Of a stretch of 56,604 bases of DNA, positions 28,628-37,672 are shown in pieces. The stretch covers positions 1-56,604 of the forward strand of contig CANKBX010000001.1 in NCBI GenBank assembly GCA_947480055.1, read 5' to 3'. Under the pieces are notes generated by a model. It was not told the DNA's origin and made no database searches. It saw only the letters and a list, made by a program, of their open reading frames with translations. Each line of letters begins with the position of its first letter. Within the stretch, counting starts at the first letter, position 1. The stretch is from Planctomycetaceae bacterium. GTDB taxonomy: Bacteria; Planctomycetota; Phycisphaerae; Phycisphaerales; SM1A02. Both the position numbers and the translations under genes were made by a program.

Positions 28628-29481
28628 ATTCATCCGCATCCGCGATTCAATCTTTGCCGCCGCTTGGCTTGATCGCGGGCAACGGCCACTTGCCGTTGTT
28701 GGTCGCGCGCGGCGCCAAGGCCGCGGGCCGGCGCGTGATCGCGGTTGGTTTGCGCGATCAATTTGATTCGGCGTTGCCAGCGCTGTGCGATGAGTTTGAC
28801 CAGGCTGGTTGGCTGAGAATTGGAAAGTGGATTCGCCTGCTTCGCCACGCCGGCGTGCATGAAGCCGTCATGGTGGGCGGAGTTTCCAAGCAGCGCATGC
28901 ATGATCCATTCAAGTTGATTCGGCAACTTCCAGATTTGCGCGCCGCCCGACTGTGGTACCGTCGTCTACGTCACGATCGCAGAAATGCCGCTGTTCTTGC
29001 GGCAGTTGCCGATGAATTGGCCAGCTCAGGAGTTACCTTGATGGATTCAACAACCTACATCCAAGAACATCTCGCAACACTTGGCGTCATGGGTTCCGTC
29101 ACGCCCAGCAGCGCGCAGCAGGCGGACATTGCATTTGGTTGGCCGATTATTTCACAAGTGTGTGAACTGGATGTTGGGCAAGCCATTGCCGTGCGCGACC
29201 GCGACACAATCGCCGTTGAAGCAGTTGAGGGAACAGACGCCATGATTGATCGCGCCAGCACGCTGTGTCGCTCGCGCGGTTGGACGTTGTTGAAAACATC
29301 CAGCGGCAACCATGATCGACGCGCCGATGTGCCCACGGTTGGCGTGGCCACGATTGAGCGATTGGCCAAAGCGGGCGGAACATGTTTGGCCCTTGGCGTG
29401 GGCCGCGTGATCTTGATTGAGAAACCCATTGTGATTGCCGCAGCCAATCGACTTGGCGTAGCGGTTGTTGGCGTGGCCTAA
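28624..29481 (+). CDS. lpxI: UDP-2,3-diacylglucosamine diphosphatase LpxI
   Basis: 'GLIAGNG.LP', 'LDVGQAI', 'AVEAVEGTDAMI.R', 'D.R.DVPTVG..T'. Confidence 0.9.
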   Translation: MNSSASAIQSLPPLGLIAGNGHLPLLVARGAKAAGRRVIAVGLRDQFDSALPALCDEFDQAGWLRIGKWIRLLRHAGVHEAVMVGGVSKQRMHDPFKLIRQLPDLRAARLWYRRLRHDRRNAAVLAAVADELASSGVTLMDSTTYIQEHLATLGVMGSVTPSSAQQADIAFGWPIISQVCELDVGQAIAVRDRDTIAVEAVEGTDAMIDRASTLCRSRGWTLLKTSSGNHDRRADVPTVGVATIERLAKAGGTCLALGVGRVILIEKPIVIAAANRLGVAVVGVA

Positions 29482-29509
29482 ACGCGCGCGCACATGAAAG
29501 CACGCGCCA

Positions 29510-30172
29510 ATGCATGACGAAGAAAAAATCACGCGCGGCGCGGATGAACACGCGATTGAAAAAGAGAACTCGCCCCCGCTTGCGCAACCCACGCTTGCAT
29601 CACGCGCGGGCTTGAAATTGCAACACGCTTTGGAGACATTCCAACTGGATGTGAAAGATAAAATTTGCGCTGATTTTGGCTGCAATATTGGCGGTTTCAC
29701 GGATGTGCTTTTGCGCGCCGGCGCGCGTCAAGTGATCAGCATTGACACGGGCTACGGAACGCTGGCGTGGCGCCTGCGCAATGACGCGCGCGTGATTGTG
29801 CGCGAGCGCACCAACGCCTTGCACGCCGATGTCACGGAGGGCGGCGTTGACATTGTGGTGATGGATTTGGCGTGGACGCAACAAAAACTTTCGGTTCCGG
29901 TGGCGCTGAAGTGGTTGCGCGGCGGCGGAAAAATTGTGTCGCTAGTGAAGCCGCACTACGAAGTGGAAGGCGCGGAAAAAGCGTGGCTGAAAAATGGTTT
30001 TCTTGCGCACGAACATGTGCCCGTGGTTGTGGCGCGCGTGCGCCAGGCCATGCAAAACCTTGGCGCAAAAGTTCTTGCGGACACCGCTTCTCCAATCACT
30101 GGCGGCAAAAGTTCCCGCCGCGCCGGCTCGCCTGGCAACATGGAATGGCTCATGTTGCTTGAAGCCTTGTAA
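29510..30172 (+). CDS. TlyA-like (FtsJ-type) RNA methyltransferase lacking the S4 domain
   Basis: 'SRAGLKL..AL', 'DFGCNIGGFTDVLL..GA', 'ERTNA', 'LVKPHYE', 'SPITG...GN.EWL'. Confidence 0.85.
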   Translation: MHDEEKITRGADEHAIEKENSPPLAQPTLASRAGLKLQHALETFQLDVKDKICADFGCNIGGFTDVLLRAGARQVISIDTGYGTLAWRLRNDARVIVRERTNALHADVTEGGVDIVVMDLAWTQQKLSVPVALKWLRGGGKIVSLVKPHYEVEGAEKAWLKNGFLAHEHVPVVVARVRQAMQNLGAKVLADTASPITGGKSSRRAGSPGNMEWLMLLEAL

Positions 30173-30456
30173 GCGCTGAGCGCGTTCAATTTTTGCTCAT
30201 GAACCGCGATCCAAGCGCCAAGTAAATGATGGCCAACGCATGAAATCAGACGTTGTATTTTTCATCATAAATCTGCGGCAATTCAGGGCAAAATTTCCTT
30301 AAGAAATAAGGCGCCATCATGCTCGTGCAGGGGCAATTTCGACTAGAATAAACGCTTGAATTGCGTCCCTAAATTCGTGCCTGAATTTGTCCCTTTCTGT
30401 GCCCCAAAAGATGTCGTGAACGATGTCGCATTTGATATTGCAAAGATGCCACAACC

Positions 30457-33108
30457 ATGAGTGAACCTGATCCAACCACACCCGCGCCAATTGATCACGT
30501 TGTTGAAATGCCCATTGAGCAGGAGTTGCACACCAGCTATCTGACATACGCCATGAGCACCATCATGGACCGCGCGCTGCCCGATGTGCGCGATGGTTTG
30601 AAGCCAAGTCAGCGCCGCATTTTGGTGGCCATGCATGACTTAAATCTCACGCCAGGGCGTAAGCACATCAAGTGCGCCAAGATTTGCGGCGACACCAGCG
30701 GCAACTATCACCCGCACGGCGAGAGCGTGATTTATCCAACGCTTGTGAATTTGGGGCAAGTGTGGAAGACGCGCTACCTATTGATTGACAAGCAAGGAAA
30801 CTTTGGATCCATCGAGGGCGATCCTCCAGCCGCCATGCGTTACACCGAAGCGCGCATGACCGCGCCGGCAACCGCGATGCTGGAAGATTTGGACAAGGAA
30901 ACAGTTGATTTCAAGGCGAATTACGACGAGCGCTTGCAAGAGCCAACAGTTCTTCCGGCGCGATTTCCAAACTTGCTTGTCAATGGAAGTTCGGGCATCG
31001 CCGTGGGCATGGCCAGCAGCATGCCGCCGCACAATCTCAGCGAGGCCTGCGACGCCATTGTGAAGATGATCGACAATCCAAACATTAGTTTGGAAGAACT
31101 CATGCGCGTTTTGCCTGGGCCCGATTTTCCCACCGGCGGAATCCTGATTGGTCGACGTGGAATTGTGGAGGCCTACACCTCTGGCCGCGGCAAAGTCACT
31201 CTGCGTGGGCGCGTGCATGTTGCCAAGGAAGGCGGCCGCGACGCCATCATCATCGATGAGATTCCATATCAAGTTGTGCAATCCAATTTGATCGAGAAGA
31301 TTGTCATTGCCAGTCGCGAAGGTCGTATTCCTGATATTGCCGATGTGCGCAATCACTCTGGCCGCGATGCGCAAACGCGCGTTGTGGTGGTGCTGAAAAA
31401 AGGCGCGGACCCCGCGATCGTCGAGAAACAACTTTACGAATACACGCCACTGCAAAGCACCTTCTCCATTATCAACATTGCGCTGGTGAACCACCAACCG
31501 CGAACCCTTGGCGTGCGCCAAATTATTCAATGCCACATCGACCACCGAAAAGAGGTCATTCGCCGCAGAACTGGCTTCCTTTTGCGCCAAGCCAAGCAGC
31601 AGGCGCATCGCCTTGAGGGCTTGATCTACGCGGTGTGCGATATCGATGAGGTGATCCGAATCATCCGCGAAAGCCGTGAACGCGAAGAGGCAATTCTGAG
31701 CCTGATGCAACACGCGTTCCGCATCACTCCGGACCATCGATACGCGCCGCTTATTCCAACGCGCGTCGCCGAGGCTTCGCGTGTTGGCGACGGCGCGCTG
31801 CTGACTCGCGTGCAAGCCGAGGCCATTGGCGCCATGCGGCTCATTCAACTTGTTGGTCTTGAAGTTGAAAAACTTGCGGCGGAATTTAGCAAGGTGCTTG
31901 AGGACATTGACGGACTTGAATCTATTTTGGCGGACGAGAAGCGCGTGCTTGACATTGTGCGCGAGGACGTGCTTGAGCTGAAGGAAAAGTTTGGTGACGA
32001 GCGCCGTACCGCGATTGAACAGGGCGAAGCCGAGGACTTTGAAATGGCCGACCTGATTCCAGAGCACGAAGTGGTGGTCACCATTTCGCACGCGGGCTGG
32101 GTGAAGCGATTGCCGGCCGACGCCTACAGAACCCAAGGCCGCGGCGGCGTTGGCGTGCGCGGAAGCGACGCCAAAGATGGCGACTTCATTGAGCAAATTT
32201 TCACCGGCTCCAGCCACGACGATCTTTTGTGTTTCACCACAACTGGCCGTGTTTTCCGCATGAAAACCTGGCAAATTCCAGAAATGTCGCGCACCTCCAA
32301 AGGCCGCGCCATTCAGAATTTGATCGAGTTGCGCGACGGCGAAACCGTGCAGACATTCTTGTCGGTTTCAAATTTTGAAACCCGCGAGGATTTTCTGTTC
32401 TTCGTCACGCGCGAGGGCCGCGTGAAGCGCACCGCGCTGCAAGAATTCCGCAACGTGAACAAAAGTGGAATCATCGCGCTGAAACTGAACGACAACGATC
32501 ACTTGGTGAACGTGCTTTTAACCAGCGGCAAAAATGATGTGCTGCTGGCCACCGCGCAAGGACTCGCTATTCGCTTTGATGAGAACGACGCACGCGTGAT
32601 GGGTCGCGCCACCGCGGGCGTGACTGGAATGAACTTGCGCGAGGACGACTACATCGTGGGCGCGGTCCGATGCGATCCCGACACTGATCTGCTCACCGCC
32701 ACCGTGAACGGCTTCGGCAAGCGCACCGCGCTCACCGAATACATGGTGCAACAAGATGATGGCTCCATGCGTTGTCAAAATCGCGGTGGCAAGGGTCGCT
32801 ACGACATCAAGACCGAGGGCCGCAACGGCCTTGTGGTTTCTGTTCGAGCAGTGACCGCAGCCGATCAACTGATGCTGCTTTCCAAAGAGGGCATGGTGGT
32901 GCGCATTCCAGCCACGGCCATCGGTCAAATTGGTCGCAACACCATGGGGGTGCGCATTATGCGCCTTGGCGAGGGCGATTCCCTTATGGGCGTTGCGTTG
33001 GTTGCCGAAGTGGATGAGACAACTCCACCAGGCGAACTGCCACCAACCGAGGCGACTTCGGAAATCCTTCCAGAAACCCCGCCAGAAACCCCGCCAAACG
33101 CCGCATAA
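30457..33108 (+). CDS. gyrA: DNA gyrase subunit A
   Basis: 'RALPDVRDGLKP.QRR', 'YHPHG', catalytic 'AAMRYTEAR', GyrA-box 'QGRGGVG', beta-pinwheel repeats. Confidence 0.95.
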   Translation: MSEPDPTTPAPIDHVVEMPIEQELHTSYLTYAMSTIMDRALPDVRDGLKPSQRRILVAMHDLNLTPGRKHIKCAKICGDTSGNYHPHGESVIYPTLVNLGQVWKTRYLLIDKQGNFGSIEGDPPAAMRYTEARMTAPATAMLEDLDKETVDFKANYDERLQEPTVLPARFPNLLVNGSSGIAVGMASSMPPHNLSEACDAIVKMIDNPNISLEELMRVLPGPDFPTGGILIGRRGIVEAYTSGRGKVTLRGRVHVAKEGGRDAIIIDEIPYQVVQSNLIEKIVIASREGRIPDIADVRNHSGRDAQTRVVVVLKKGADPAIVEKQLYEYTPLQSTFSIINIALVNHQPRTLGVRQIIQCHIDHRKEVIRRRTGFLLRQAKQQAHRLEGLIYAVCDIDEVIRIIRESREREEAILSLMQHAFRITPDHRYAPLIPTRVAEASRVGDGALLTRVQAEAIGAMRLIQLVGLEVEKLAAEFSKVLEDIDGLESILADEKRVLDIVREDVLELKEKFGDERRTAIEQGEAEDFEMADLIPEHEVVVTISHAGWVKRLPADAYRTQGRGGVGVRGSDAKDGDFIEQIFTGSSHDDLLCFTTTGRVFRMKTWQIPEMSRTSKGRAIQNLIELRDGETVQTFLSVSNFETREDFLFFVTREGRVKRTALQEFRNVNKSGIIALKLNDNDHLVNVLLTSGKNDVLLATAQGLAIRFDENDARVMGRATAGVTGMNLREDDYIVGAVRCDPDTDLLTATVNGFGKRTALTEYMVQQDDGSMRCQNRGGKGRYDIKTEGRNGLVVSVRAVTAADQLMLLSKEGMVVRIPATAIGQIGRNTMGVRIMRLGEGDSLMGVALVAEVDETTPPGELPPTEATSEILPETPPETPPNAA

Positions 33109-33149
33109 ACCTTCACGGAAACAAAACCGAACTTGGCTACTATTCACGC

Positions 33150-33494
33150 ATGTCAATTACCGAATGGTCCGAAGAAGTGTTGTTGGTTGATCTCTTTCCC
33201 GAGCCATTGCTTTCGGAAGATTTGCAACAACTGTTGCTTGCCATCGATGGACCAGGCGCGCCGACGAAACATGTGATTTTGGATTTTCAACAAGTCTACA
33301 GCCTCACCTCCAGCAACATCGCGTCACTGTTGCGCGTGCGCAAACGAGTGCTGCAACAAAAGCGCAGGCTATTTGTGTGCGCCATCAACGACCGGGTGTG
33401 GAGCATCTTCATGACCGCGGGTTTGGACGATGTGTTTGAAACTTCCGCCGAAGTTTCCACCGCGTTGGCCAGCGTCCAATTGGGAATTGAATAA
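33150..33494 (+). CDS. STAS domain protein (anti-sigma factor antagonist)
   Basis: 'VILDFQQV..LTSSNIASLL', 'V.SIF..AGLD.VF'. Confidence 0.85.
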   Translation: MSITEWSEEVLLVDLFPEPLLSEDLQQLLLAIDGPGAPTKHVILDFQQVYSLTSSNIASLLRVRKRVLQQKRRLFVCAINDRVWSIFMTAGLDDVFETSAEVSTALASVQLGIE

Positions 33495-33497
33495 GCC

Positions 33498-33923
33498 ATG
33501 CGCCGCATTCGCCGTGATCCACCGGAGGCCCGCATTGAGCTCAATCCACTGATTGATCTCATGACATTCTTGTTGACGTTCTTCATTTACGCCGTTGTGA
33601 TGATGGTGCGCGTGGATTTGGTGCCGATGGATTTAAAGCAATTTGCCAGCGGAAAGCCCGCAAAACCCGCCACGGCCGCCACGATCAGCGTGCTGCGCAC
33701 GGGCAAAATTTATTTCAACAAGGAAGAAGTTGAGATGAAAGATGTTGAAGTGAAGGTGCGCGAAGCCAAGGCCGCCGACCCAAAGACCGTTGTGTATTTG
33801 GCCATTGAAGATGGCCAAGGCGTGACCGACCGCGCGCCAATCTTGCAAGATTTGTGGGACCGACTGCAAGACGAGGGCGTGAATATTCAACTGGTTGGTG
33901 GCGCCAAAGCCAGCAAGCAGTAA
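33498..33923 (+). CDS. exbD: Biopolymer transporter ExbD/TolR
   Basis: 'IELNPLIDLMTFLL.FF' TM motif followed by a periplasmic domain. Confidence 0.85.
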   Translation: MRRIRRDPPEARIELNPLIDLMTFLLTFFIYAVVMMVRVDLVPMDLKQFASGKPAKPATAATISVLRTGKIYFNKEEVEMKDVEVKVREAKAADPKTVVYLAIEDGQGVTDRAPILQDLWDRLQDEGVNIQLVGGAKASKQ

Positions 33924-35458
33924 TGCCTCCCACCGCCGCGAGTCCAGTATCTAGGGACACGATCTACGCCGAAGTTCGGCTGAATCAACAACTTCGTCGG
34001 CTCGAGCAAGAGAGCGTATTCAGTTGGCCGTTGGCGATTGGATTTTTCATCGGCATCTTTGTTGTGTTGGCGGGCGCTCCAACCATGCTGATCATGGGCA
34101 GCTATATGGATAAATATTCCAACGAAAAGAAAGCGCGCCAAGCGGCATTCAGCGTTGAAAAGGAAATGGAGAAGTCAAAGCAGCGGACGCCCGAGGAAGA
34201 AGAACAGCTGCTGAAACTTGGAATAGAAGACGGCACCGAAAAATCCACCATGACTTGGATTGGATATAAGGATTATCAAGAGCAATTCGCGCGCAAAAGC
34301 GAAGTGGAGCAAGCCGCGTTTAAAGAAACTGATGCTGGAGGGCAGCCCGCGCAAGCTCAACCAAATCAACAAGCGTCCCCGCCGGCTCAGGCTCAGGCGC
34401 AAACTCCACCGCCAACTCCACAAACACCACCCGCTCAACAACCCGCGGCGCCAACCGTGCTTGCACAAGCCGAGCCGCCCACAACTGAAACCGCGCCCGC
34501 GCCAACCGAACCTGCTCCGCCGGTGCAAGCCCCCGACACCACCAAAGCTGTCGCGCCGCCACCCATGCCGGTTTCATTGGCGCTGCCTGAAACACCTAAA
34601 GTCGCGAATCCATCCGCGGTTGTTCCACTTGCGGATGAACGCAAAATTGAAACACAAATATTGCCTGTTGAAAAAGTGGGCGACTCCAAAGATGACAAAG
34701 TTCCGCCAGAACCGCTGAAGATGCCGCCACCAGATTCCAAGCCAACGGATGAGAAACCCAATGATTTAAAGCCAAATGAGGCGAAACCAACGGATGCAAA
34801 ACCGATTGATGAAAAGCAACCAGAGAAACCCGCGGATGTGAAACCCACCGATGAGAAGCCGCTTGAGGCGACCAAGCCACAAGTAAAACCGCCTGACACA
34901 AAGCCGCCAGAAAAAACTGCTGAAGCAAAACCCGCGGAGGCGAAACCGGCGCAGCCAACAACTCCGCAGCAACCAACGGTTGCCACGCCACCGCCATCGC
35001 CAGCCACTCCGCCACAACAACAATCACCCGCGAGTCCGCCCGCAAATCCAAGCCAACAAACTCCCGCGACGCAACCTGGCTCCACTCCCGGTCCGCCCGC
35101 GGATGGAGAGAAGTCTGATCGCGAGTCGGACGCCACAAGCATTGTTGATGTTCCTCAGGCCAAGTGGCGCAACGGTCGCCCACTTGCGAGCAAAGGTTTG
35201 AACGTTCGCACGCAACGTCCCGTCTTTGACGAGCTCACAACAATTTCAACCGCTCCCGCAAATCCAATCATTGAAATTGATTTTGACAAAGATGGCGTGC
35301 CCACAAAAAACACTCAAATCTTGCAGAGTTCTGGCTCTCCATTGATCGATCAACCCATCCTTGATTGTCTGTTTCGTTGGCGCGCTTCTGGTAGTCAATT
35401 GACGAATTTGCCCGAAGGCAAGACCCTGAAGTATCGCATTCGCTTGATCTTAAAATAA
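33923..35458 (+). CDS. TonB/TolA-like proline-rich energy transducer
   Basis: TAATG coupling to exbD; single TM; long Pro/Lys/Glu linker; C-terminal 'IDFDKDG...ILQSSG...D..IL....RWR'. Confidence 0.72.
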   Translation: MPPTAASPVSRDTIYAEVRLNQQLRRLEQESVFSWPLAIGFFIGIFVVLAGAPTMLIMGSYMDKYSNEKKARQAAFSVEKEMEKSKQRTPEEEEQLLKLGIEDGTEKSTMTWIGYKDYQEQFARKSEVEQAAFKETDAGGQPAQAQPNQQASPPAQAQAQTPPPTPQTPPAQQPAAPTVLAQAEPPTTETAPAPTEPAPPVQAPDTTKAVAPPPMPVSLALPETPKVANPSAVVPLADERKIETQILPVEKVGDSKDDKVPPEPLKMPPPDSKPTDEKPNDLKPNEAKPTDAKPIDEKQPEKPADVKPTDEKPLEATKPQVKPPDTKPPEKTAEAKPAEAKPAQPTTPQQPTVATPPPSPATPPQQQSPASPPANPSQQTPATQPGSTPGPPADGEKSDRESDATSIVDVPQAKWRNGRPLASKGLNVRTQRPVFDELTTISTAPANPIIEIDFDKDGVPTKNTQILQSSGSPLIDQPILDCLFRWRASGSQLTNLPEGKTLKYRIRLILK

Positions 35459-35533
35459 TTCCAAGCTGCGAAAATTAAATTCGCCGCAACATCACCGCAT
35501 AACAATTTACGTCAACGAATACGCACGCGCGGC

Positions 35534-36331
35534 TCACTCTTTTGCAACGCCAAGATTGCGCAAACGCTCCAGCAACATGCGGTCGGTCAAGTCGTAGAAC
35601 AATGGCGTGATGGTGATGCAACGCGCGGCGAGCGCCTCCACATCGCTGCCTTCGGCGGTGTGATAAAATTCCATCCCATTTCCAGAGGACCAGTAGTACA
35701 CCTGTCCATCTGGCGCGACACGTTTTTCATAGCCGTCAATTCCCGCGGAAGTGTTCATCGGAACAAGTTTGATTTGTGGCATTGGCGCATCGGCTGATTC
35801 AGTGTGCGGAACATTGATGCTGATCACGCGGTGCGAGTGGGGCAAGCCAGGCTTGAGAACATGATCAATGGCGTAACGCGCAATCGCGGCGGCGCGCGGC
35901 CAATTGGTTTTGCTGCGATCGCCAATATGCAGGCTGACGGCGATGGCGGGCACGCCCAGGAAAGCGGCCTCCACCGCGGCCGCGATGGTGCCGGAATAAA
36001 TCACGTTTATGCCCACATTTGAGCCATTATTCATGCCGCTGATCACCACGTCGGGCTGAGAATTGGGGCCATATTTTTCTTTCCACAACGCGCGCAAACC
36101 CAACTTGACGCAATCCGCGGGCGTGCCCACCACCGCGGTTCCGTTGGCGCCGTTGAGCAATGCGCGGGGGCGCGTCATGAGTGGCGTGTGAAAAGTAATG
36201 CCGTGGCTTTCCGCGCTTTGGCCATTGGCTGGAGCAACCACCATGACTTCACCGAGCGATTGGATCGCCGTGTGCAATGCGGAAATTCCTGGCGCGTCCA
36301 AACCATCGTCATTTGTCAAAAGTATTTTCAT
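35534..36331 (-). CDS. surE: 5'/3'-nucleotidase SurE
   Basis: 'ILLTNDDG..APGI', 'GTPADCV', 'SGMN.G.N', 'YSGT..AA.EA'. Confidence 0.96.
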   Translation of the reverse strand: MKILLTNDDGLDAPGISALHTAIQSLGEVMVVAPANGQSAESHGITFHTPLMTRPRALLNGANGTAVVGTPADCVKLGLRALWKEKYGPNSQPDVVISGMNNGSNVGINVIYSGTIAAAVEAAFLGVPAIAVSLHIGDRSKTNWPRAAAIARYAIDHVLKPGLPHSHRVISINVPHTESADAPMPQIKLVPMNTSAGIDGYEKRVAPDGQVYYWSSGNGMEFYHTAEGSDVEALAARCITITPLFYDLTDRMLLERLRNLGVAKE

Positions 36332-37566
36332 TGTTTCACCAATTTCCTACTACGGGGTTCAAGAATATATTCACGACCGCCCCAACGAACTGGAGTGCGA
36401 TTGATCAAATCTTCCGCGGCGCCAAAGAAGCAGCGCGCGATTAAGAATCCGCCAAGCGGATGAAAGAACGCAGCCAACATTGGCGCGGCGCACAGTTTGT
36501 GGATCCATGCGGCGCAGGCCAAGAATGAAAGCGTTCCAAGGAGTCCCGTCCACATCACGGCGGACGCCAGTGGTTCAAGCGAGCCCCCATTCCATTGACC
36601 ACTCCAAGCTGCCCCCGCGATCAACGCCGCGAAACTACCCAGGGGCAAAAACGCGGCGCCCACGCCAACGATCAGTCCGCTGCGGCGCAAACGCGCCGGT
36701 TTTCGTTGCGAGCCTTCAATATAAATACGCTTCCAACCTTGCAGAAATTCGCTTAATTTCTCGTACATTTCCACCATAAGCATGCCGTCTGCCACGGCCA
36801 AGCCTCCGCGACCACCGCTGTCTTTTATGCGCCGAGAAAACGCGATGTCCTCTAGTAAATCGTCTTTCACCGCGGCGTGGCCGCCTAACTTGTCATAGGC
36901 CTCGCGCTCAAACAACATGAATTGTCCATTTGCGAAGTAGCGCGGATTCTGGGCGCGATTCACTTGCGCCACAGGAAACATGCGCATGAGTTCCATGACG
37001 GCCACGGGTTGAACCACGGCCTCAAACCAATGGCGAATGCGCGGCGTGCTCATCAGCGAAAGCAACTGCAATCCACGTTCGTTCAACATTCCCATGGAAG
37101 CGCGAATCAGTTGCGGCGAAAATTCAACATCAGCATCGGTGAACAACACGTAGGCGCCCTTGGCTTGCTCCGCGCCAACGCGGCCCGCGTTGCATTTGCC
37201 CGCCCAATCTTTTGGACAAGACTCATTGTCGATTAATTTCAGGCGCGCCTCACGCGCGGCGATTGGCTGCAAGTTGGCGCGCGTGGCGTCGGTGCATCGA
37301 TCCAACACCACGATCACTTCTATGTTTGTGTACGTGCTGCGCAAAATACTTTCAATGCAACCAGGCGCGTGTTTTTCCTCGTTGTGCGCTGGAATAACCA
37401 CGCTCACCAACGGCTCGCCCGGCGGCAAAGCGAAAGCCAACCCCTGCCCAATGCGGGGAATTCGGGGCAAATCCCGCGCAACTCGAATAGCCACGGTGAT
37501 CCACCAGAAGGCGCAACCACCCGCCATCACAAGCAACACCCAAAGAATCACAACGCGAAAATCCAT
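36328..37566 (-). CDS. Family 2 glycosyltransferase (CrtQ/HpnB-like)
   Basis: 'VSVVIPAHNEE', 'WAGK', 'FTDAD', 'ANGQFMLF.R.AY..LGGH', 'LEDI'. Start taken at ATG 37566. Confidence 0.85.
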   Translation of the reverse strand: MDFRVVILWVLLVMAGGCAFWWITVAIRVARDLPRIPRIGQGLAFALPPGEPLVSVVIPAHNEEKHAPGCIESILRSTYTNIEVIVVLDRCTDATRANLQPIAAREARLKLIDNESCPKDWAGKCNAGRVGAEQAKGAYVLFTDADVEFSPQLIRASMGMLNERGLQLLSLMSTPRIRHWFEAVVQPVAVMELMRMFPVAQVNRAQNPRYFANGQFMLFEREAYDKLGGHAAVKDDLLEDIAFSRRIKDSGGRGGLAVADGMLMVEMYEKLSEFLQGWKRIYIEGSQRKPARLRRSGLIVGVGAAFLPLGSFAALIAGAAWSGQWNGGSLEPLASAVMWTGLLGTLSFLACAAWIHKLCAAPMLAAFFHPLGGFLIARCFFGAAEDLINRTPVRWGGREYILEPRSRKLVKQ

Positions 37567-37672
37567 TTGGCAAGAGTAGTCGAAGTTCTCGCGTTTGCTC
37601 CGCCACAATTTCAGCCAAATCACAATCCAAATGAACACCCGCATGCGCCTTCAACACTCTACTATCTCTCGC

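Noticed and set aside
30778..32274. 498-aa ORF antisense to gyrA
   Set aside because: Shadow ORF fully contained within gyrA.
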